From: Octopus vulgaris
Lineage: Eukaryota
Length of the DNA stretch: 64,000 nucleotides
Direction of reading: 5' to 3'
Assembly (NCBI GenBank): GCA_951406725.2
Contig: OX597823.1
Coordinates: 94,736,001-94,800,000, forward strand
The first letter of the stretch is position 1. Each line of letters opens with the position of its first letter. The position numbers were made by a program, and so were the translations under genes. Positions 13,201 through 24,468 of this stretch are shown one piece after another. The notes beneath the pieces are model-generated. The model worked only from the letters and a program-made list of their open reading frames with translations, had not been told where the DNA came from and made no database searches.

Positions 13201-16200
13201 ACACACACATCTACTCGTATATGTAATAATAATATTAAGAATAATAATATAACACAAGAGAACATAAATTTTGCCTTTCCTTACTGGCAGTTTCACTCTA
13301 TATTTCTCACACACTCTATAAGTTGATGTGATTCTGTACATACTTGTGTGTGTGTGTGTTCATTTTTATGTGTTTTTCCATTCTAGCGTGGGTTAGACAA
13401 CTATGTATTGGCAAGGCATTATGCCCTTCTTGGCACTTACCCTTATCTGGGTTTTTTTTAAGTAAGGGACCTCTTGTTTCACATGTCTTTGAAAGTGCAA
13501 AGTGAGTGGACAGGTAGTGGACAGCAGAAGTGACAACACCACGAGTGTGGCTGTGTGGTTAAGAAGCTTGATTCATGACCACAAAGTTTCAGGTTCAAGC
13601 CATTAGCTGACCAAAACCTTGTGAGTAGATTTTGTAGACGGAAACTGAAAGAAGCCCATTATGTGTGTGAATGAGTGTTTGTGTAGCCTTGTCTAGACAA
13701 CACTGGTTGATTGTAAATGAGCATCACTGTCTAACAAGAGGTGTTGTTCCTTCCAGTCTTGTATGAGGAACATATCTGACCCTGAGGAGATGTTACCTTG
13801 GTTGGAAACAGGTGAAGGCTGGTGGCCGGAATGGCACCCAGCCATAGGAAATCTGCATCATTAGATTCCATCTGACCCATGCAAGCATGAACAATTCAAT
13901 GCTAGAACAATGGTGTTGATGATATGTCAATGTTATATATCCATCCATATACGATCGTGAGGTTGTGAGGTCGATTCCTAGACCGGGCTGCGTGTTGTGT
14001 TCTTGAGCAAGACACTTTATTTCATGTTGCTCCAGTTCACTCAGCTGTAGAAATGAGTTGCGACGTCACAGGTGCCAAGCTGTATTGGCCCATTTGCCTT
14101 TCCCTTGGATAAGATCAGTGGCATGGAGAGAAGAGGCTGGTATGTTTGGGTGACTGCTGGTCTTCCATAAACAACCTTGCCTGGACTTATGCCTTGGAAG
14201 GGAACTTTCTAGGTGTCATTTTTTCCATCTACAAAGAAAAAACTAGATTTGTCTTGTTTCTATATCTACAGCATAGCTTACATATATATATAATTAGTTC
14301 AAGTAGAACAATTTGAACTTTTTGTGGGGTTTATTAATTTTTTCCACTGAAGAGAATGGTAATATCTAATTAAATTAATTTAATTTAATTATTTTAAATA
14401 TTATTATAATTAATTTAATTTTTTCCATGCTTTCTTACATGTCAGTATTATCATTCGAAACGATCGTATGGATTAAAAATTTATAAAATCTTTTAACATC
14501 TTCTCTTCTCATTTTTTAACTGTTAGTTGGGTTTATATAAACTTTTATCCTGTAATACTCATAACATATTTTTATTTATATATATATATGTTATGTAAAT
14601 ATTGTTTCTCTCTCTTTTGTTTTAATATAGGTTTTATAAAGCTTTGTCAGAACTGGCAGTCTGAGACATGGTCATGGATGGCTCATTTTCAAACAGACAT
14701 GTTTATTCATCAGGTAAACAAACAGTTCTGTTTCTTTCCTTTTCACCATTCAAGAGATTTTTCTTGTTTTTCGTTGACCATCTTTTGTTTGTTTTTCAAT
14801 GTCCAGACCTTACCGGTGCTGGTGCCACATAAAAGCCACCCAAGCCACTCTGTGAAGTGGTTGGCATTAAGAATAGCATCCAATTGTAGAAACCATGCCG
14901 AAACAGATCTTGGCAGTGCTGCTGTCACGTAAAAATCACTCAGTTCACTCAGTAAGGCAAATTAGAGTTAGGGTTTGAACCCAGAATGTAGAGGTGATGA
15001 AAGAAATGCAGAGTTAACCACTGTGGAATTTAAACTCAGAATGTAAAGGGCACAAGATGCTGTCAAGCAGTTTTCCTAGCATGGTAATAATTCTGTCAGC
15101 TCATTGTCTTCTTAATCTCCAAAATGTGTCCAAAAACTGAATTCTCCACCTCTGGTCCCTCTTGATGTGTCCAACTCCTGCCTCTCTTTGTACAAACCAT
15201 TACATACTTGGTCTTGGGAACATCCTCCCTCTGGAATCTCCACTCTACTCATTTCTCTACGAAAATATAAACAGAACATTAACACCATCCACCTCAAAAC
15301 TGTCACAGGGACTGCAAGGGCCATGAGCTCTGCCCCTCTTTCCAGGAGACAGCAGATAGAGACTAAAAAGTGTTTCAGAGTTAGTTTAGCTGTTTTTACT
15401 TCATGGTTTCGCTACTGTAGGGCAAAAAACTGGCAGAGCCATTAGCACTCTGGGCAAAATGCTTTGCAGCTTTCCATTCCTCTTCACATCCTAAGTTCAA
15501 ATTCTGCCAAAGTTCACTTTGCCTCTCATCCTTTCGAGGTCAATAAAATAAGTACCATTTGAGCACTGGGGTCAATGTAATCGACTGGCCCCTTTCTACT
15601 AAATTTCAAGCCTGGTGCCTATCGTACAAAGGATTATTACAGGGTTTCACTGCTGTGTAGTGTTTACTTTATGCTATCTATTTTCTCTTGTATAAACAAT
15701 AAACAATATGTGAGCTGTACCTAGGGCCAAGGATTGGCTCCTGTGCCAGTGACACGTGAAAAGCACCATTCGAGTGTGATTGTTGCCAGCATCGCCTTAA
15801 CGGCACATGTGCCACTGGCACGTGAAAAACATTCGAGTGTGGTCGTTGCCAGTGCCACCGGACAGGCTCCTATGCAGGTAGCCTGTACAAAGACCTTTTG
15901 AACGTGGTTGTTGCCAGAACCGCCTGACTGGCCCTTGTGCCAGTGGCACGTAAAAAGCACACACTACACTTACGGAGTGGTTGGCATTAGGAAGGGCATC
16001 CAGCTGTAGAAACTTTGCCAGATCAGATTGAGCCTGGTGCAGCCTCTGGCTCACAAGTCCTCATTCAAACCGTCCAACCCATGCCAGCATGGAAAGCGGA
16101 TGTTAAACGATGATGATGATGATGATGCAGATTTAGGTCCCAGTGGAGGACTGGGGGCTGTCTGGTTACTTATTCTTCTGCATGTTTTTTTCTATCCTTT

Positions 16201-17664
16201 CCCAGGTACCTATTATGTATTGTGGGGATTATTTCTGTTTTCAGGCCCCACATTCTGGTCAAATCTATTTCAAGATCTTTTCTATTTGACTAATCTTTTC
16301 TTTTTTTATGTAATACCGTTTCCTCTATCTCCATCATCATCAGCATTCTTTGAATTTATTACTTACCATTTTTATTCCAATCAGGGTTTATTCCAAGATG
16401 CTGTGAGTAATTTACAAAATTTCCAGATTAATTTGTCAGAAAAAATGCAAGTAAGTTGAAATATTTTGGTTATTAGTTTCTTATCTTGTCATCATCACCA
16501 CCATCACCACCCAACACGTCTCCCAACAAAGCCCTTTCCCTTCAATGGGGACCACCTCTAAGTGATTGGTTGGTCTCTTAAAAATTATAAATCTCCTTTA
16601 AATCACATTCAGTTATCTAACAAGACAAAGCAAAAAAAGGGTCAAACACACAAACACAGAGTATGTTGTAGTCCTAAGTACACTATGTCTGAAAAAAGTG
16701 GATGGTTATGACTAGAATGCTTTTTAGTCTAGGACAGCTTGATCAGAATTGACCTAGGGCTACTCCACTAACAACAACATCACCCCATTGCCACCACTAC
16801 CACCAACATCATCATCACTGCCACCCTCATCTCCACCACCACCACCACCACACTTCTGTTTCCTTTTATAATTCCTTTTAGGGAAAGTATAGAATGCAGC
16901 AGCACAAAAAAAACCTCCCACATTTTGTATGGCGATGGTTGTTGTGCAAATGAAGTTTGACATGTGATAAGGCCATCTTCATGGAGCTAACGTTTTACCA
17001 TTTTGTTTTTGTTGCCTTTCATGGTTTGGATCAGTTAATAATGTGTATTTAGTGTTGAATTACTTGAAAACCTATTACACGTAGGTGTGTCCTTTTCTGC
17101 CACACCCTTGGGACATGGAAAAAAACAATTTGACTTTCAACCATATTGATTCCGCTTCAAGAATTTCCTTTTTTTCATTTGTTTCAGTTACGGAAATCGT
17201 TACAGCTTGCCTCCTGCTTTCATTGTTTGGGTACATATTCTGTAAGTTGTTGTTGCTGCTACTACTACTACTATTATTATTATTATTATTATTATCATCA
17301 TCATCATTTATCATTATTTATTATTTATTATTATTTATTTATTATTATTTATTATTATTTATTTATTATTATTATTTATTATTTATTATTATTTCATCAT
17401 CATCATCATCATCATCGTCGTTTAACGTCCGTTCTCCATGCTAGCATGGGTTGGACGGTTCGACCGGGGTTCTGGGAAGCCAGAAGGCTCTTTTACGTGC
17501 CACCTGCACAGGTGCCATGGCAACGGCCACGGTCAGATTGGTGTATTTTATGTGCCACCGGCACGAAGCCAGTCGAGGCGGTGCTGGCATCGGCCACGAG
17601 TCGGATAGTGCTTTACGTTCCTGGCTGGTTCAATTCGATTTTTTATTTATTATTATTTTTATTA

Positions 17665-17709
<45 letters not shown>

Positions 17710-17736
17710 TATTATTATTATTATTATTTATTATTA

Positions 17737-17796
<60 letters not shown>

Positions 17797-17825
17797 TATT
17801 ATTATTATTATTTTTATTATTATTA

Positions 17826-17867
<42 letters not shown>

Positions 17868-19539
17868 TATTATTATTATGTATCATTATTATTATTATTA
17901 TTATTATTATAAGTTGATTTTGCCTTCCATAAAATAAGTCTCAGTTGAGTGCTGAGGTTGATCAACTAACCCCTGCCCCCAAAATTTCAGGCCTTTTCAA
18001 GAGAAAAGTATGTATTTATTAAACAGTAATATTTATCTCCACTTGAAATTGCCAGTACCGACTGACTAGCCCTCGTGCTGGTGGCACATAAAAGCACCCA
18101 CTACTCTCGGAGTGGTTGGTGTTAGGAAGGGCATCCAGCTGTAGAAACTCTGCCAGATCAGGTTGGAGCCTGGTGCGGCCTCCTGGCTTGCCAGTCCTCA
18201 TTCAAACCATCCAACCCATGCCAGCATGGAAAGCGAATGTTAGACGACAGTGATGATGATGATTTAACAAAAGGATTAAATGTTTATTTTTTTTTTCCTT
18301 TCTCTACAAATACACAAAGGTTTCTCTAAAGAGCAACCATTCTTACTTTGCTTTTGTACTCTGACTAATCGTTATAAGGGAAATACTCTTAGTACACTCC
18401 TTGCTTCTCTTGTAATGTTGTTGTGAGGTGGGGGGGGGTGGTGCTTGTGTTCATCTGGTCAGTGAGGCCATATTTTGTTGGCTGAAAGAAGAATAACTGG
18501 AGCAAACTCACAGACATTTAACTCGTTATTTCTTGCCAGACATAAGGATATTTGTTGTTGATTTTTACAACAATAATAGTTGCTGTCTCGGGGAAGAGAG
18601 AGAGAAAATTGCACTGTCTATATTGAAGATATTCTGTGAGACATTGTATGAATGTTCAGTTTGGGTCAGTCTGAGAACTTGGAATCGTCTAAATGGCAAG
18701 AATGGAGGTGCATGAATCAGTCAGCCAGCTTCAACAATGGGATTAATCAGGCACTGAAAACTGTTTCTAAAAAGAACAAGTTGAATTTCAGAACATTCCC
18801 CAAAAAAAACCATATCACACCACAGCCTCATGCTGATTGGTTGATTTATGGGCCAATCACTTGAGACTGTAGTGGTTCACTAGTCTCTGGCTAAGTATCT
18901 AGCAGTAAGGTTTCAAATCACTGCTACAATGTGAAATATTTTGTAGAATGTTTTGTAAATTTCTCATTTTATCCTTTCTAATATTCGGACACTTATTTTC
19001 CTCTTCTTCTTATCATCATCATCGACATCAGAAAGCGTGTGAACTCTTACTCGATATCATCGGATCTCTGAAGCAGTTTTCAAACTCTGATCCCCTGACT
19101 TCAACTCATTCGATCGAGGAAGAAAGCAAAAACAAGAAACTAACCCCGGGTCGCCAGCTGTGGCTGACCTTATGCACCGAGACAGAAATCCTGTCTTATT
19201 GTATACAACTGCTACTCTCTTGTTTTAAGGTAAAAAATCAAGATTTCTTCTTTTTTTAATTTTATTTTAGTTCCTGTTTTAATACAACCTTGCTCACTTG
19301 ATTTCATCCACAAAATTTCATCTTCATGTAAGCCCTCCCCCACCATACCACAATCTTACCCCCCCCCCCCAGTGCCATTGCCTCCTCCTCCCTCTTCTCC
19401 CACTCCTACCACTACTATTAGGTCTTCTCTTTCTCATAAATTCCTTACTTTAATTCATAGACAGCTAAACACATAAACACCTGCAACATCCTTCATCACC
19501 TGGCTTGTTGTATTATTATTATTATTATTATAAAATAAG

Positions 19540-19577
<38 letters not shown>

Positions 19578-22500
19578 GAGGCACAAGCACCTGCACACAC
19601 ATATACACATGCGGCAGTAACTTCCGCCTACTAAATTCAATCACAAAGCTTCAGTCAGCCTGGGGCTATAGCAGAAGACCCTTGCCCAAGGTGTCACGCA
19701 TTGGGACTGAACCAGAAACCATGCTTCCTAACCACACAGCCATGCCTGCACCTACAAAAAATGTATGGCATGTAAAAAGTAGCATCCGTATGTGGCTGAT
19801 GCCAGTGCCACCTTGACTGGCTTCCATGCCGGTGGCACATAAAGAGCACCAACCGATCATGGCCATTGCCAGCTCCCATGGCCCTGTGCCGGTGGCATGT
19901 AAAAAGCAACCACTACACTTTCAGAGTGGTTGGCGTTAGGAAGAGCATCCAGCTGTAGAAACACTGCCCGATCAGATTGGGGCCTGGTGCAGTCTCATGG
20001 CTTCTCAGACCCCAGTCGAACTGTCCAACCCATGCCAGCATGGAAAACAGACGTTAAACGATGATGATGAAGTAATGTAAGTTTTCACTCAAATTACTGA
20101 ATGTTAACTAGTATACAAAATTCACTAGTCACTTTTTACTGTTAAAAGCTGTTTGCTTAGTTCACACAGTGGAGTGTCCTCTTCATATTCTGGCATTTAG
20201 GATGAGAAAAATTTGATATCAATAGACATTATTGCCAGGATTGTGGCACAAGCAAATTCTAAGACCCAGTTTACGAGGCTCTTGGTTCTTGCTAAGACGT
20301 TTGATCCTACATCTCCTGTCTTAGTAATTTTGTTATAACTGGAAACAGTTCTATGTAACTACATCCAATTATTCCAACACTTATCATATTTTTCTAGCAT
20401 TCATTTTGCACCAAAATTTATTGCCAAAAAAGGGGACTTCTACACCAAGACGACTTTGAAGGACCAAAAATTCCATGTGAAATGCAGTAGGATATGGAAA
20501 GAGACAGTGTTTGAATGTCTTCACTGTATGCAACATCGTCTTGTGTGCCAGAAAATATGATACCTCTGTTGGCTATTATACAAGTTTCTGTTGCTAATTC
20601 TGAGATATTTATAGCTGTTAGCACCACAGACTTGACATTGATTGCTAGCAGAACTGTTCTATGTGTAAAGCTTGGTTTTAACTCATTTAACCATTTCACA
20701 TTCTGTGGTTGCTAACAGTGCTATGTAACAATCACAGCGTATTCTATATATAAATACTTTTGGCAGTGAAGTTGCTAGCATTGTTGCTATGTATAACATT
20801 TTAGCTGTAAACCTTGTTATCAGCACTAATTCTATGCAACATTACTTGTTATGTCTTGGGAAGGTCATTACGCCAATAACACACACACTAGTTCAGTATC
20901 ACTTCTTTTTTGTTAGACAGTTGGTTAGATATTTGCTGTGCCGGTGTCACATAAAAAGTGCTCATACCAACACCACGTAAAAGCATTTGTGCTGGTACCA
21001 CGTTAAAAGCACCCAACACATGCTGTAAAGTGGTTGACATTAGAAAAGTCATCCAGCCGTAGAAACAAAACCAACTCAGTCTGGAACCTGGCGCAGCTCT
21101 CCAGCTTGCCAGCTCTGGTCAAGCTGTCCAACCCATGCCAGCAAGGGAAGCTGACGTTAAAGGATGATGATGATGGTTAAATATCTAACCAACTAATTGA
21201 CTGTTTGTTTGTTGAAGTCCTTTCGTCACGGTTCATGACCTCATTAACCCTTTCGTTACTGTATTTATTTTGAGATGCTCTACATAAAGAATTTAGTAAA
21301 TTAACTTACTTTGACTTGAGACAGCGTTCACCTAGGGTGGGTTGAGCTGGCTTCATTCATCCTCAATGCTGCATCTCCCACAAACGCCGACCAGACCTGG
21401 CGATTTGAGGCTAACAACCACGTGATCTCCAACCACTCCTTATTCCAGCGACGAACGCCGTAGATATGAGGGCCTAGGTTGGGTTTCAGATCAGCCTTGA
21501 CTGTCATCAGCCAGGTTTTTCGTTGTCCACCACATCACTTTCGCCAACCCTGAAGGGGAGCTGGGGCAATTGCTTCTTAGATGAATTCTCCTGGTTGACG
21601 ACGGAGGGCATGACCCAGCCAACGCAGATGTCTCTAATGAGAAATTAACTTAGTTATCATTCAGCTAATGTTAGGAACATAAATTGTGACTAAGGTTTGG
21701 TGGAAGATTTTAATTCAAAACTTATGAAAATAAGAACATTTGTACTACAGAGCCAGAGATAGTTTCAGCCGGGTTGGTAATGAAAGGGCTAATGATATGC
21801 CGTCACTCTTCAAGGTCTGCCTTGAGTCTGTCTGAGAATTAGTTTTATTCCTCTGTGTGTGAATGTGTGTGTGTGTGTGTGTGAGTGTGTGTGTGCGTGT
21901 GTGTGTGTTTGTGTATGTAGATGTGTGGTTGCTTCAAAGAGAAGAAAAGGGTGAATAATATTCCATTATATTTTTAATTTATTACATTTTAGTTATACAA
22001 TCTGCAAGTTACCTGCAAAATTTCAGTAAATGCATTTTACTCTTCCTTTCTTTTTATTGTTGTTTTTTAGGAAAAAGCCTTCCAAACGCCAATGGACGAC
22101 ACTGCCTTAGGTCACATGATTGTATTGCTCCAATATGATTGGCCCAAAAATTATCCTGCTTTTGCAAAAGCAGTCCATTTTATTCAATCTCGAGGTAGCT
22201 TTACATACAATATATTTTTCAACTACGTCATCAGTATCCTTATTTTGCCACCTGATTTTTATATGAATTTCCATTCTTTTGAAATGTGTTTTTGTTTCTG
22301 AAATCTTTGATTCCATGAGGAAAATGTCTTCTTTAACCACACACCTGTAGACATTGATATTTTGGAAGAATTTGCTTTTATTAAAACTGCTGAAGGTGGA
22401 AAAGTGAGCCTGGATATCTTGCCAATAAGTACAAAAGCTATTGCACAGTAAGTTTGGTTTATTATTATTATATAATTATATATTATCAGAGCTAAGGTGT

Positions 22501-24365
22501 CTGCTCTTAGATATAAAGGTTTGAAAACTTCTCAGTAGGTGCTGGGGTAGCAGTGATTTAGCATGATAACAAAGCCACAATTAGATCTAACATCCATGTT
22601 GATCATAGTAAAATTTGAAGTCGGAACAAATACCACAAGGCATCTGGTCCCATGTCCTTACTGTTCCTATTTCTTTACTACCCACAAGGGGCTAAACATA
22701 AAGGGGACAAGCAAGGACAGACAAATGGATTAAGTCGCTTACATCAACCCCAGTGCATAACTGGTACTTAATTTATCGACCCCGAAAGGATGAAAGGCAA
22801 AGTCGACCTCGGCGGAATTTGAACTCAGAACATTAACGGCAGCTGAAATACCGCAAAGCATTTCATCCGACGTGCTAACGATTCTGCCAGCTCGCTGCCT
22901 TCTTACTGTTCCACCAATCAATTGATATTTTTTTTTATTGAGTTGTGATACCTGTGCCGGTGGCAAGTAAAAAGCACCATCCGAACGTGGCCGATGCCAG
23001 CGCAGCCTTGAGTGGCTTCTGTGCCGGTGGCACGTAAAAAGCACCAGCCGATCGTGGCCGTTGCCAGCCTCCCCTGACACCTGTGCCGGTGGCACGTGAA
23101 AAGCACTAACCGATCGTGGCCGTTGCCATCCTCCCCTGACACCTGTGCTGGTGGCACGTAAAAAGCACCAACTGATCGTGGCCGCTGCCAGCCTCCCCTG
23201 ACACCTGTGCCGGTGGCACATAAAAAGCAGCCACTAAACTCATGGAGTGGGTGGCGTTAGGAAGGGCATCCAACTGTAGAAGCATTGCCAGATCAGACTG
23301 GAGCCTGCTGCAGCCTCCTGGCTTCCCAGACGCCAGTTGAACCGTCCAACCCGTGCCTAGCATGGAAAACAGACGTTAAACGATGATGATGATGATGATG
23401 ATGACCTTAAAACAATGAAAGGCAAAGTTGACCTTGAGCTCAGAACAAAAAGAGTTGGAGCAAATAGCACAAAACACTTTGCCCAATGCTCTACCAGCTC
23501 TATCACTTCACTGCCTTTCTAGTTCTTTAATTTCCGTGGATCTTTGTCCACCTCTCTAACTTCTGTCATTGGTTCTGTTGGATTGGATGGATTGAGACAG
23601 GGTTGCCAGGTCAAGCCAAACCAATTCTTTCTGTCTCTCTTCCTGTCTGCACTTTGTAACCAATATTCAGAGCAGATAGTGTCCCACTCTATACTGCAGT
23701 AACTCACAAGTCCTGCTTTTTTCTGTTCTCCCGTCAGCCTTGAAGGTCATGGAAAGGTTGTCGGTGTGACCCTTACTCCTCTTATAGATAGAAAGAATCA
23801 GAAAACTGGAAATAATAATTTTTTTTTTTGTGTGTGTGTATTTATTTCTCTTCTATACCTATACATATATATGTATGTATATGATGATGATGATGATGAT
23901 ATATATAGTGGCTGTGTGGTAAGAAGCTTGCTTACCAACCACATGGTTCCGGGTTCAGTCCCACTGCATGGCACCTTGGGTAAGTGTTTTCTACTATAGC
24001 CACGGACTGACCAAAGCCTTGTGAATGGATTTGGTAGATGGAAACTGAAAGAAGCCCGTCATATACATATATAGGTATCTGTGTTTGTCCCCCACCATCG
24101 CTTGACAACCAATGTTGGTGTATTTACATCCCTGTAACTTAGCAGTTCAGCAAAAGAAGCTGATAGAATAACTACTAGGTTTACAAAGAATAAGTCCTGG
24201 GGTCAGTTTGATTATCTAAAGGTGGTCCTCCAGCGTGGGTGCAGTCAAATGGCTGAAACAAAATAAAGGAATACACACACATTTATATATGAACATATAT
24301 AAGCACACACATATTATACACACATATATAAACATTATACATGCATATACACATACACACTCATA

Positions 24366-24400
<35 letters not shown>

Positions 24401-24417
24401 AACACACACACAGATAC

Positions 24418-24468
<51 letters not shown>

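Noticed and set aside
17146-17937. 263-aa and 153-aa ORFs
   Set aside because: They are translations of (TTA)n, (CAT)n and an RTE end; only 17188-17241 is a real exon.
20418-20715. Overlapping ORFs in an INTS10 intron
   Set aside because: The INTS10 peptide is continuous without them and I recognise no domain.
22739-23363. Recurrent ORFs with LQLDALPNANH and VLFTCHRHR motifs suggesting a gene family
   Set aside because: They are translations of the non-coding RTE 3' UTR repeats in various frames.
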